Shown: piece after piece, positions 1-12,446 of the stretch
Layout: each line of letters starts with the position of its first letter
How positions within the stretch are numbered: the stretch's first letter is position 1
Assembly: GCF_006345805.1 (NCBI RefSeq)
Contig: NC_043003.1
Coordinates: 108,314,001 to 108,378,000 of the forward strand
Reading direction: 5' to 3'
DNA: 64,000 nt
Origin: Octopus sinensis
Taxonomy: Eukaryota
Position numbers and translations under genes: made by a program
The notes under the pieces: model-generated
The model's database searches: none
Told to the model about the DNA's origin: nothing
Seen by the model: the letters and a program-made list of their open reading frames with translations, nothing else

Positions 1-637
1 TAATCCTGCCATTTTGTTCTTTTATGTAATCCAAGCTACATTCTCAATGATGAAACAATCTTTCAGCAGATTATCAATTGACAAATCTGTCAGTATTTCA
101 GTAGTTCTGAAGAACTACGCTGAAGTCGATACCTATCAACCGTTACTGTTTCCATTCTCCCTTGTGCCTTTAGAAAGTTTATCTCTAGCATATTGACTAG
201 ATTTCGATTCACCAAATATATGTGTAAGGGGTATTTCGCTGTTATTTCGAAATATAACATTCATCTCACAACTTGGTGAATGAAGATATGAATGAATATA
301 TACCTATGTATAATGTGTGAATGTATGTGGTTAAAAAACTCGCTTTGCAAAAAGCATATGTGTATATGAATATATGTATACAAGTATACATGTATGTATA
401 TATGTATGCGTAAATATATATAATTCAGTGTATAGATGTGTGTCTATGAGTGTACATATGTACATATGTATGCGTCTGCACAGGCACATGCAAAATGAAG
501 ATCCCATACACACTCATTCTTTATTGAAAACATTAATTAAACGTATTAATTAGAAGTATTACTTAAAGTATTATTTTGGAACATTGCTTAAACAGCAGAG
601 CAATTTTGTCTTCGACTGTATGGGGTTTATGATGCTT

Positions 638-858
638 ATAATATTGGTTTCAAATTTTGGCACAAGATCAGTAATTTAAAGAGAGGGAGTAAATCATTTA
701 CATCGACCCAGTACCAAACTGGTACTTATTTTATCGACCTCAAAAGGATGAAAGGCAAAGTTAATCTCGGCAGAATTTGAACTCAGAACGTAAAGACGTG
801 CGAAATGCCGCTAAGCATTTCGCCCAGCGTGCTAACGATTCTACCTGTTCGCTGCCTT
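638..858 (-). mobile_element. tRNA-derived SINE, family A (older, GGCACAAGG-tail variant)
   Basis: Matches the other family-A copies in the window: head GGCGGCGAGCTGGCAGAA, B-box-like GAGTTCAAATTC, core GCCTTTCATCCTTTCGGGGTCGATAAAATAAGTACCAG. A partial second copy follows at about 875-1020. Confidence 0.85.
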
Positions 859-1402
859 TATGATATGCATTATATTGATTTCAAATTTTGGCACAAGGCC
901 AGCAATTTCTGGAGAGAGTGTTAGTCGATTAAATCGACCCCAGTACTCAACTGGTACTTGTTTTTGCCTTTTACCCGGAAAGGATGAAAGGCAAAGCTGA
1001 CCTCTGCCAGCCGGCCACCTTTGTGATGTTTATGATATTACTACGAAAACCAGAAAGGAAATAAAAAGCGTGATCATGAAGCAGCCGTTTTCGCATGTGT
1101 CGTTCACAAAGATACTTAAACGAAAGAGCATAAGTATAAGCGTTTCCCTCAAACGTTCATTTCATATCTCAGAAATATTCAAAGAAGGAATATTCAAAGG
1201 AAAGTCAGGCTGGGTTTCCCAGATGATGAATCAGAAACAAGCAAGTCTAAAAACTAGAAATCGAATCCTTTTAGCTATAACATATTAAAGAATTCTCTAC
1301 ATTTGTGCTGTCCTGTCATTTATGGCTTCTGGTGAATCAAGACAGATTTATACCTGCATACATACGTACATACATACTGATTTATATATGTATATATGTA
1401 TG

Positions 1403-1435
<33 letters not shown>

Positions 1436-1450
1436 GAATATGTATATATT

Positions 1451-1481
<31 letters not shown>

Positions 1482-1711
1482 GTTGTATATATACATGTAT
1501 ACGATATATATATATGTATGTATATAAGTGTGTATATGTTTGCATGTAAACCAAGTTCATACATAAATATGTTTATGTTTATTTATGTCTATATATATGA
1601 ATATACATATGTATGTATGTATGTATGCAGGTAGGTAGGTACGTACGTACGTAGTTGGGTAGGTAGGTAGGTAGGTAGGTAGTAGGTACGTGGTTGGATG
1701 AATTTTGGTGG

Positions 1712-1712
<1 letters not shown>

Positions 1713-1742
<30 letters not shown>

Positions 1743-1751
1743 GATAAATAA

Positions 1752-1840
<89 letters not shown>

Positions 1841-1850
1841 GAAATAGATT
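1713..1850. repeat. (TAGA)n microsatellite, preceded by (GTAG)n and (AT)n/(AG)n tracts from about 1390
   Basis: Direct reading of the sequence. Confidence 0.97.
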
Positions 1851-2379
1851 TAAAATCACTATAAGAATATAATCAGATGCAGTGAAAAACTAGTTAATGA
1901 ATAAAATCTACTGACAAATGTAAGTTGTATCTTGTAAATCCATTCCAATAATCCTTGCTTTTTATTTAATCCAAACTGCATTCTCAGTAATGAAACTTAG
2001 GCAAATTACCAGTTGTCAGCATTTCATGGCTTTTCAGAAATTCGTTGATGTTGATATGAGTCAGCCGATTCTGTTTCCATTTTTTGCTGAGCCTTTAGAA
2101 AGTCGATATCTATCATATTGATTATGTTTCCACTCACTGAATAAATGTACAACTGATATTTTTCTGTTATTTCGACACGCGAAATTGATATGAAAGATAC
2201 TTTATCCTTAGCAGAAACTGCATGAGTTTCTTAAAGGAATTGCAGGCTCTTCTTCTGGTGGTGACTTAAGCTATTGTATTCCCTAGAACAATTTTGTATC
2301 TTTAGCAGGGAACTTTGTTTCACATGCGTTTCGCCTCTTAACCTCTATGTTTCTCCTGAAAAGGAGCAACGAGAACTGA

Positions 2380-2900
2380 ATAAGCCTTTGCCTATAGAAT
2401 GCTTCATCTAAAGTCTATTGTCAACCACTGCAACCTTGAGCTGATCTCAGCTTCCATAACTTAATGGTTTTCTTCAGTTGTTTGGATTCCAAACTAGTTT
2501 TCTGCTCGAAATAGCACCCTGATCTTACTGGGAAACAGCGGCAGCCAACTTCAAACGAGAATGAGGCTTCATGTAATCTTTTGACAAAAGCCTCATCAAT
2601 CAAGTTCTGATATTTGGCTTTCTTCATTTAATGACTAACAAATGACATGTCAGCCTTCCCAGAACAATGTGAATGCAGCCACGATGATCGTTTTGTGCTC
2701 CTAGACAAAGCATATCTTGCAGAGAATAGAGGTCAGCAAGTAACAGACATCATTATCCAGAAGTTCAGAATTCTAATAGAAGATGATAAGTTTCCTTAAA
2801 CAACCCAGATCTGTTTTCTATTTTGCATCAAGCCTCTCACTGGGGAATGCGAGTGCATCTGAAGGGTAAACTCATCTCCCCGGAAGAGAAGGTTGTAAGC
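2380..2900 (-). pseudogene. Degenerate C-terminus of an RLE-type non-LTR retrotransposon (HERO-like)
   Basis: Minus-strand translation KKAKYQNLIDEA...FEVGCRCFP...KQLKKTIK resembles the HERO/NeSL motif K-KY-L...P-EVGCRGF. Upstream EHKTIIVAAFTLFWEG resembles the endonuclease segment K-I-ELTVPWE. Many stops. Confidence 0.65.
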
Positions 2901-3227
2901 TCGATCCGATAGGACATGCCGGCTGCGTTACGCAAGGGCTACTCGTTAGTTCTTACAAATATGCGAATGTGTGTGATTTTGTATGTCTAATTCTTTCATC
3001 TTTATCTACGGCGTCTTCTTACCTATATGCCCGCCCTCATACACACATATAGGATATTTGAGGCTAATTCTATTAGACATAATGTCATAGCACCAACTAC
3101 CTGTTGAATTGTTGTGCACTGACAGTAATTTAATATCGGACTCTGATGAACAAAAGTTATTCTGCTGACGTCCATGTACGTCTATCTACAGCTTGTGGGT
3201 GTTTACGGTGATGATGTCTTGCTGCTA

Positions 3228-3387
3228 CTGATGACGATGATGATGATGACGATGATGACGATGATGATGATGACGATGATGATGATGACGATGATGATGA
3301 TGATGATGATGACGATGATGATGATGATGATGATGATGACGACGATGATGATGATGGCGATGATGATGATGATGACGACGACGACAA

Positions 3388-3419
<32 letters not shown>

Positions 3420-3486
3420 ACGACGATGGTGATGATGATGGTGGTGATGATGATGACGATGATGATGATGATGATGATGATGATGT
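3228..3486. repeat. (GAT)n/(GAC)n compound trinucleotide repeat
   Basis: Direct reading of the sequence. Confidence 0.97.
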
Positions 3487-3912
3487 AAACGGGAAATTCA
3501 GAGCAGCGCAGTGAAGCTCCCAGCTTGGAATAAATGAATAAACTGCGCTAGATGCATTTTCTATTTTTCGCTTTCGGATGAATATCCAAACGTATCTTCA
3601 TATTGAATAATGCTAATGACTCTTCTTCATTAGAATTATAATTTTAATTCATCGCGAAATAATTTCCGCTCACCACTTCAAGTATGGTAACCTGCACTTA
3701 ACTACTTGTTCTTGATGCCGAAGGCGTTCTTGTAAAATATTCCGGCGATATTTTAATTTACATAATCGGTGAAATATTTTCAGAAAGATTTTACTTGTTC
3801 AAAATTTTCTTAACTGTAAGTGGATTAGGATTTACTGACGAGTTATAATGATGACGAAACACTCCCCAAATTATCCCAATGTCTTTCAAAGATCAAATTG
3901 ACTCTCACTCTT

Positions 3913-4540
3913 ATGTATGTATGTATGTATGTATGTATGTATGTATGTATGTATGTATGTATGTATGTATGTATGCATGTATGTATATATGTATGTATGC
4001 ATGTATGTATGCATGTATGCATGTATGTATGTATGCATGTATGTATGTATGTATGTATGTATGCATGTATGTTATGTATGTATGTATGTATGTATGTATG
4101 TATGCATTAATGTATGCTGTATGTATGTATGCAGTATGTATGTATGTATGTATGTGCATGTATGTTGTATGTATGTATGTATATGTATGGTATGTAGTGT
4201 ATGCAGGTATGTATATATGTATGTATGCATGTATGTATGATGTATGCATGTACTGTATGTATGCATGTATGTATGTATGTATGTATGTACGTATGTATGT
4301 ATGTATGTATGCATGTATGTATATATGTATGTATGCATGTATGTATGCATGTATGTATGTATGTATGTATGCATGCATGTATGTATGTATGTATGTATGT
4401 ATGTATGTATGTATGTATGTATGCATGTATGTATGTATGTATGTATGTATGTATATATGTATGTATGTATTCATGTATGTATGTATGTAGTATATGTATG
4501 TATGCATGTATGTATGTATGTATGTATGTATGCATGTATG
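3913..4540. repeat. (ATGT)n microsatellite of about 630 bp with ATGC variants
   Basis: Direct reading; it is the source of the YVCM/HTYI ORFs in the track. Confidence 0.98.
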
Positions 4541-4845
4541 TCAACTTTATGGTTGACCCTTTCGGCATTTTGTCTCCACTGTATTGAACGGATGGCGCTA
4601 AGATTGTATCTCAATGCGTCAAAACAAGTCCTTGGCGAGATAACTGATCATGGCAAAATTTTCGCTTAGTCTGGAGGTTTATGCGTTCTTTCCTTTACTT
4701 GTCTAACTGCTGTGGCGCTCTTTCGCTACATATCGATCTTTTCTTCTCCCCTTCTCTGGCGTAACTGGCCAAAACGTCGAAGTAACTGTGAATAATAATC
4801 TTCTTTAAGAATAAACTATGCATTTATATACATATGTATGTATGA

Positions 4846-4877
<32 letters not shown>

Positions 4878-4878
<1 letters not shown>

Positions 4879-5003
4879 TACGACGAGCTTCTTTCAGTTT
4901 CCATCTACCAGATCCACTCACAAGGCTTTGGTCGGCCAGAGGCTATAGTAGAAGACACTTGCCCAAGGTGCCACACAGTGGGACTGAACCCGCAACCATG
5001 TTT
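4878..5003 (-). mobile_element. tRNA-derived SINE, family B, partial
   Basis: Reverse complement of GGTTCAGTCCCACTG...GGCACCTTGGGCAAGTGTCTTCTACTATAGCC...GAAAGAAGCTCGTCG, shared with the full copy at 55719. Confidence 0.85.
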
Positions 5004-5043
5004 TGCTTTCTCATTTTTATTCCAGTCTACATACAAACACTCC

Positions 5044-5080
<37 letters not shown>

Positions 5081-5202
5081 ACATATATATATATATATAT
5101 ACACGTACAATGGGCTTCTTTTCAGTTTCCTCCTACCTATATATATATATATATGCATGTTTATATTTATGCATATATATGTGTGTGTTTAAAATATATA
5201 TA

Positions 5203-5421
5203 ATCTTTTATTTGTTTCAGTCATTTGACTGCGGCCATGCTGGAGCACCGCCTTTAGTCGAACAAATCAACCCCAGGACTTATTCCTTGTAAGCCTAGTA
5301 CTTATTCTATCGACTTCTTTTGCCGAACCGCTAAGTTACGAGGACTAAACACACCAACATCGGTTGTCAAGCGATGCTGGGTGACAAAAACAGACACACA
5401 ACAATATATATATATATATAT

Positions 5422-5497
<76 letters not shown>

Positions 5498-7411
5498 ATA
5501 TATATATATATATATAATATATACGACGGCCTCTTGCAGTTTCCGTCTACCAATCCACTCACAATGCTTTGATCGGCCCGAGGCTAAAGTAGAAGACACT
5601 TGTCCAAGATGCCAAGCAGTGGGACTGAACCCGGAACCATGTGGTTCTAAGCAAGCTACTTTAGTTCATTTTATTTGCCATAAAGGCAGTATACAGAGTA
5701 GCTGCGGGCTGGACAAACACATTAATGAATGAAAATGAAATAAAATGAATAAATGAGAGACGAAACCCAACACCCACCGATTGGATTTTTCTCGAAAACA
5801 TTTTCTTTTTTTAAAAAATCAATATGAGGTTTCAAACCCCTCACAAGAAAGAGGCACTAAAACCTCTTACTTAACATGTTTTTTTAAACACACAATTGAG
5901 ATTATAAACCACTACAAATAATGCAATAAGATGCGGTTTCAAACCCTCTAACGAGGCTTTTTCACCTCCTACTCATCGATATATCCATCATTATCCTCAA
6001 TGACGCTTGAGTTCCTGTATCCTGCCATTTCTCATGCCTCACTCATGTAGGACATGTAAGTCGTGTAATGGCCGCCCGGCCATATGCGAAACTCCTCCCC
6101 AAATCCTTTAAGCCTTTCCCATTGTTGCCCGCCTTCTTCCTTTTTAATCCTTAAGCCTTCTCAACCACATCCACCCCTCTCCTTTTGACCGGGTAGGGGA
6201 AGTGGAATCCCGTAACTGTTCCAGGGCCCTACCATGGTTCTGGGGACAGTTCTTTTTAATGTGGCCTTGTTGCAGGCACGAGTGACACTTGGGGGGACGT
6301 CTCTCAAGTATCGCCGGATACCTACAGCAACCCTTTTAAAAAAAAATCTTGGAAAACCAGATCTGTTGCGGCTGATGGGGTCCACAGGGTCAAAATCGCT
6401 TTTGACCCTTCCCAATCGATCGCGGGTAATATCCTTACATTTAAGAGCCTGGGCCCGCTATTCCCCAGTCCCCGTCGGATGGTATCTTCAATCCAACCCG
6501 CTCGGTGCCTGGGGGTAACCCACATACTCAGGATCTTATTAATTTCCTCCCGCAGTACGACGGGTGGAACAAAATTTCCTTGATTTCTGAGGGTTGGCTC
6601 GCGAAATTGCGATCCTCCTCCGGAATGTCAAACAGCAACCATACGGTTGCATGCTTGACACTGCGGGATATATATTTCACAGAGGACAAATAGTCTATCA
6701 GTTCATTTTCTATAATAGGTTTTGGGAAGACGGTGATGGTATCAAGAACTTTAGAATAAGCTCTAACCCCCATCGTCTTCTCCTCCATATCTTTTAACCA
6801 CTGCTGGGGCGGGATAATTTCCCACTCCAAGTCAGGGTTCTTCTTTTTAAGTTTCTTCTTTGCCATGTCCCAAAAGAAACAGTTCAAAAGCAGTTCATAA
6901 AAACAGTCCACCAAAAAATTAAAACCGAATAAAAATAGAAGGAAAACAAAATAAGAGAAGGAAAAGAAACTGAAATTAAAATAATGAAAAAGAATGAACC
7001 GAAATTTAGAAAGAAACAAAAAATGGAAGAAAGGAAAAATTCAAAGAAAACCTCACAAATAGAACAGATAGGGAATTCTTTTGTATAATACTCCAACAGG
7101 TAATCCTATAGTCGGGGCTCTTCTTGATAGTACTCCAGTTAGGTAAACCCCACTTTTTCTATCGAAATACGCCCACCAGAATATACAAGTTATTTGGCGA
7201 AAAACGCCACAGAATTTTACTCCAAAGAAGTTTCCAAAAAATTCTCAGTTCACCGTTATGGTGATAAGAACACAATATTTTGACCATTTTTCTTTTTGTT
7301 CTTTTTTCTATTCACGGAGCCAAAGCTCACGTCTTCTCTCTGTGAAGCTCCAGACCAACTAGTGTTGCATTCTGGGTAAGCAAGCTACTTACCACACATC
7401 CATTCCTGCGC

Positions 7412-7412
<1 letters not shown>
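5203..7412 (-). mobile_element. Full-length family-B SINE (head 7412-7377, body 5661-5521, internal (TA)n, tail 5400-5203) split by a 1.7-kb insertion
   Basis: The segments join into the intact B consensus seen at 55719-56110 once 5662-7376 is removed. Confidence 0.85.
5662..7376 (-). mobile_element. ORF1-only non-LTR retroelement (HAL1-like, L1/Tx1-type ORF1 with CCHC zinc knuckle), copy 1
   Basis: TSD TAAGCAAGCTACTT at 5648-5661 and 7377-7390. ORF1 starts at ATG 6866 with frameshifts and stops; CHSCLQQGHIKKNC knuckle at 6287-6246; ORF ends at about 5975; AATAAA at 5675-5670; no RT or endonuclease sequence. Confidence 0.75.
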
Positions 7413-7493
<81 letters not shown>

Positions 7494-7644
7494 TGTATAT
7501 ACATATATATATATATGTATATATATAATATATATATCCTTCCTGTATATATAACACGCGCATGCGTGTATGAATACATCTACAGATGCGCGTGAGCATG
7601 CATGTGTATATATGCGTGTGTATGTATAAGCGTATGTATGTGTT

Positions 7645-7679
<35 letters not shown>

Positions 7680-7729
7680 ATGTGTGTGTGTGGCCTCGTG
7701 CTATCCGCCCACTGCAAAATCGAACTTGG

Positions 7730-8025
7730 TGCACATAGCAACATTACATTACAATTACTTTACCTCAACCGGTTGAGCTCTCTTTAATTCCATAACAAGA
7801 TACGTCAAAACGGAAGTGGATCCCATAAAATTCAAATGTTCACTGGACAAATTTCTTCAAAATCCCGCACCAACCTCCTACACCCGGATATGTCTCCAAC
7901 AATAATAACTCTTTGCTAGAATGGGCTATGGTGCCCCATATATGACTAAAAGACTTCAACAGGTGGTGCTATTCAGTTAGACATGGCCTGAGCCTAAACT
8001 GGCCGAAACCTATGAAAGTTATCAA
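7730..8025 (+). mobile_element. 3' end of a CR1-like LINE
   Basis: Translation ...ALFNSITRYVKTEVDPIKFKCSLDKFLQN..PPTPGYVSNNNNSLLEW resembles CR1/L2-group ORF2 C-termini (P-LFN-LP...FK--LD-FL--IPD-P). The 3' UTR ends GGTGGTGC...CATGGCC...GAAAC. Confidence 0.7.
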
Positions 8026-8029
8026 AGTT

Positions 8030-8930
8030 AAAAGTATGTGTGTGCATGCATGCGTATGCCGTTATACCTTCATTCCTCCTCTTTTATTCCTACCTATCAC
8101 TAACCTATCACATACGTCTATCTATAGTAATTTGACATCCTTGTATTCTGCCCTCTACTTCAAATTTTACTACCCAAACTACTACTCACTTCGGTATCAC
8201 CCCACTCATACCTTTTCTCTGCCTTTTCTCCACCCATCCTTTAATGCAGCTTTGTCATATCACCCCTACTCACATGTCTCACATTTTTTTACTCCTTACC
8301 TTCTCATCTCTTCCTATCCCTCGTCCACACCTCTCCCATCCTCCCATCACATTATCTTGACCACCAACTACCACTCCCTTTTCACTTCTTTCACCCTTTC
8401 TTCACATTTTCACTGTTTTTCTCTCTCCCTTTATTTTTCTTTTTCCCTCTTTCTTTCTCTCATTTTCTCTTCCTGTTTTAAATTTGACCTATCTCCTCTT
8501 TCTAATCATACACATCTCTCCTCCCTCCATCTATCTACAAATACTACAAATACATTCTCAAATTTTCATTCACACCGCAAAACCCTTTCGAACGAGCAAC
8601 ACTAATTCCACGGTTCCATACTTTGAAATGACTAAACATGAAATGATATTGGAACTTACATACTATATACAGGAAACTTTTTTACCACTTCTATACACCA
8701 TTTTCCTCGAATAATGGAACTGCAACTACAATATCTTTATATATCTTATTTCTACTTTCATTCTCTTATTTCCATCCATATTCCCTGTCTTGTCCACAAT
8801 AATTCGAACTCAATTATTTTCTCACACAGTCTCTGATGAAAGAATACCTATAATATTCCAGAAACAGCTGTAAGAATATTTCATTATAAACTCCTCACAC
8901 CCTTGGATTTGTTATCTCATTCTCTCTAAT
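8030..8930 (+). mobile_element. Penelope-like element 3'/pseudo-LTR remnant
   Basis: Long C/T-rich tract followed by a hammerhead-type CTGATGA...GAAAC motif, ending in (TA)n; this layout is typical of PLE pseudo-LTRs. No RT or GIY-YIG sequence seen. Confidence 0.5.
8828..8877 (+). ncRNA. Minimal type-I hammerhead ribozyme motif (degenerate)
   Basis: CTGATGA 8833-8839; stem II GAATA/TATTC; GAAA 8861-8864; palindromic stem III ACAGCTGT; GTA cleavage triplet; stem I TCT/AGA. Confidence 0.65.
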
Positions 8931-8932
8931 AT

Positions 8933-9021
<89 letters not shown>

Positions 9022-9152
9022 ATTGTTTTCCCTTCAAGATAGTAGGATGGGATTTCAAAGTAATTTGAATGCTAGAAATAGAGCGTGTGACTGTGTGTAG
9101 TACATATATGCTTGTGTGTGTGATGTTGTATGTCTAGTTTTTATGAACACAG

Positions 9153-9175
9153 ATTGCTGTCTTTCGAGTGGCCAA
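9153..9175 (+). CDS. Candidate 23-nt microexon of an unidentified host gene
   Basis: ttttatgaacacag|ATTGCTGTCTTTCGAGTGGCCAA|gtaaga; phase 2 to 1 reading LLSFEWP. Confidence 0.4.
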
Positions 9176-9880
9176 GTAAGAGAAATCGATAAGATTGTTA
9201 TTTGTTTTATTATTGACCATGTCACTGACTGTAATGAATAGTTTGTTAAAACACTTATTCATTGTCAAATTCACTGTACGTCTAGAAATACCAATAACTC
9301 TATTGACAGTTGTAGGCAAGAATTAAATAGTATAAAATCAAATTAAAAAATAGTCATATTTAGAATGGGAACTAATTGTTCTTTTCTATGGAAAAATGTG
9401 AGAGAAAGAGAGAGAGAGAGAGAGGGGGAGTAGAATTTGACCATAAAATGGAACGATGTGGTTATATATTTTTATTTATATTTATACAAAGTTCACCAAA
9501 ACTTTCGAAGAAAACAAACCCAATTAAGTCGCTAAAAATGTTGTATTCTGTGGATTTAATGACATGAAGAGATTTATCTATATTGACAGATATGTGCTGA
9601 AATTTGTTACTCTGACATGATTTGTATCATATTCAAGCAGTTATTCTTTGGCTTATGGGATATCGTGATACCTAAATCATGGTTATTGCAATGCCATTAA
9701 CTGATAAACTCTAGAACGGCAATCATTTTTGTTGAGCGATGCATGATGTTTGATTGCCATCCATGTTTGTATGCTACTAACGTTTAACTTACAAAATCTA
9801 TTTGGCGAGTAGCTCTGCCTGAATAGTGCCTCGTCAGCATTATAAGATCAACAATCAAACATTTACAACAATCTCTGTAG

Positions 9881-9913
9881 CAGAACTGAATGTTTTATGG
9901 CGAGTACAGTTAA
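9881..9913 (+). CDS. Candidate 33-nt exon of an unidentified host gene
   Basis: aatctctgtag|CAGAACTG...CAGTTAA|gtaaga; phase 1 to 1 reading (T)ELNVLWRVQL; NAGNAG acceptor. Confidence 0.4.
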
Positions 9914-10060
9914 GTAAGAAATAAACTTTTCTCAACAAGCTGTAACTACGATTACGTTTCAGTTTCAAATTATCATTTTTTTGTGGGTTTTTTTTTGTTA
10001 TTTTTGATGTTGTTGCTCTGCTGAGTCGATGGAATGGCGGAACCAAATAAAATACCTTAT

Positions 10061-10420
10061 AATATTTCTTTCGACTCTTAGGTGGTGAACCGGCAGAACT
10101 GCTAGCATACCGAGCAACATGCGGCATTTCGTCTGTCTTTAGTACTAGTTGAGCACTGGAGTCGATGTAATCGACTTACTCCCACCCCAGAAACTACAGA
10201 CCTTATACCAAAATTTGAAATCAGTATTAGAAATCAATACAAGACGCTGAGCAGGCAGAATCGTTAACACACCGAGCAAAATGCTTAGCGGTATTTCGTG
10301 TCTTTATGTTCTGAGTTCAAATTTCGCCACGGTTGACTACGCCTGTCATCCTTTCGGGATCGATAAGATAAGTACCATTTGAAATTACTGGCCATCTACC
10401 AAAATTTGAAATCAATATTT
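10061..10420 (+). mobile_element. Two tandem family-A SINE copies (first internally deleted)
   Basis: Heads at about 10061 and 10245; both end in CAAAATTTGAAATC tails. Confidence 0.75.
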
Positions 10421-10639
10421 CTTTAGAGACTCTTTACCTTCCAATTCAAAACCTAACCGAGTTCAAATTTGCCTTTCATTTTTTTTAAAGTCGTTAAATT
10501 AAAGAATCGGCCGAGAACTCTGGTCTGCTTAATCGGCTAACCTCTTCCTCCAAATTTCGCAGAGCGGTTGACTGATAGAATCCTTGGCGCATCGGACAAA
10601 ATAACTTGTAATATTTGTTCAGCTACGTTCTCTTTCCAT

Positions 10640-10765
10640 TTTCCTAATCCACTTACAAGGCTTTGGTCGGCCCGGGGCTACAGTAGACACCTACCCTAGG
10701 TGCCACGCAGTGGGACTGAACCCGGAAGCATGTGGTTGAAAAGCAATTTTCTTACCACAGATCCA
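10640..10765 (-). mobile_element. Family-B SINE fragment
   Basis: CAAGGCTTTGGTCGGCCCG...GTGCCACGCAGTGGGACTGAACCCGG. Confidence 0.8.
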
Positions 10766-11368
10766 CTTCAAGCTGAACTCTCCTTGTTGCCCGACTATTT
10801 TAACGCGACCTTATTGGAGTTATTTCCCTTGTTCTTTGTTTTTTTAATTTTTAGATTCGAAACATTCCTAGATGAGGCTTTTCCTCGGATTATCTCAGAT
10901 AATGGAAGTTTTTCACCTTGCATGTATGAGTTGCTATTAAATATGAAAAAGAAATGAGAGACTATAAGAAAAATAGAACGGTTTCATGGCGGAATAATGT
11001 AGTAATAAAGATCTGAACAGCAAGAAACAAAACTCATTATTTCCTTTTATTTTCCCTTTGCTTGTTGCTTTTTAGATTCGAAACATTCATAGAAGGGGTT
11101 TACTGTGGATTATCTCAGATAAACGAAGTTCTTCCAACTCATTATATTACATGTGCAAGACTCTGCCAACAATGAATAAGAGAACGTATTCAAAATACAA
11201 TGGTATTAGGGAGACAGATGTTGCTAGGATCTGAACACCAAGGAACAAAACTCATTACCCTCCCCTTTCCTTTTAGTGTCCTTGACACTCTGCTGTTTTT
11301 CAGTTTGCTTATTGTTATGAAGTGTTCACCCACCGTGAAATTTTGTGTTGATATTCATAATCAGTTAA

Positions 11369-11585
11369 GGCGACGAGGTGGCAGAATTGTTAGCGCGTCG
11401 GGCAAAATGCTTAGCGGCATTTCGTCTGTCCTAACGTTCTGAGTTCAAATTCCGCCAAGGACGACTTTGCCTTTCATCCCCTTGAAGTCGATAAAATAAG
11501 TACCAGTTGAGCACTTGGGCCAATGTAATCGATTTACACCCCCACGAGAACTTGCTGGGTTTGTGCCAAAATTTGAAACGGATTT
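11369..11585 (+). mobile_element. Family-A SINE
   Basis: Complete head-core-tail matching the other A copies. Confidence 0.85.
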
Positions 11586-12165
11586 TCATTATCCGCACTT
11601 TTACATTCTTTCTACTCCTTCATACATACACTGATCACTTCTAAGGCTTGCCGGGAAGAACATGCATCACTGAAGAGTGCTAATTAAATCAAAACAAGGC
11701 TGTATCTTCCATTAGTTGACTTTCAAAACAAGATTCACCCGCTTCTGCACTATTTTAATTCTCTAAAAAAATTCAGGCTAAATTTTTGTCCCGTCTCTAA
11801 GAAGGAAATTTTGTCTACTAAATGTATGGCTGGCATTACCTGATCGAAGTCTCTCCTTTCATTATAGTTTACATATGGAAGATCCTACTGTATGTCTTCA
11901 GTATACTGGATGATTTCTTGAAGACATTTTCTTCAGTTATTCATATAGTTTACTTTGATATTCATAAACAGTGACACTACTTTAGCTTTATACATACACA
12001 TATATACATACATGTATATATATATATGTGTGTGCGTGTGTGTAAACACATACACAGACAGACACAGACACATATATATAGACGCACATATATAAGTACA
12101 TATATACACATGTATGTGCATACGCATGCATACATACATGATATATAAATATATATATATATCAC

Positions 12166-12356
12166 CATGATAGACCGTTAGCTCCTACACACATTTTTTT
12201 CTCTCCTTGTTTCTCTCCTTGTTTTTTCTGTCCCTTTCCGTAGAAGATCGTAGGCTCGAAACATAAAAGACTTTTTCTATTCCTGAGCGTTATACTAATA
12301 CATCTGTTTGTTTTGTACACCACCTGTCTTCGTCTTTTGTTTTTTTCGTAAACTCT

Positions 12357-12360
<4 letters not shown>
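12166..12360 (+). mobile_element. Penelope-like terminal repeat remnant
   Basis: AGAAGATCGTAGGCTCGAAACATAAAAGAC resembles a degenerate hammerhead-bearing PLE end; flanked by (TA)n. Confidence 0.4.

Positions 12361-12442
<82 letters not shown>

Positions 12443-12446
<4 letters not shown>

Noticed and set aside
3879-4669. Many long ORFs (YVCM, HTYI, poly-I/Y/N/M/S) here and at 1305-1859, 3157-3488, 36962-37337, 45027-48244, 55398-55780 and 61655-62099
   Set aside because: They are translations of microsatellites that happen to lack stop codons; no coding signal.
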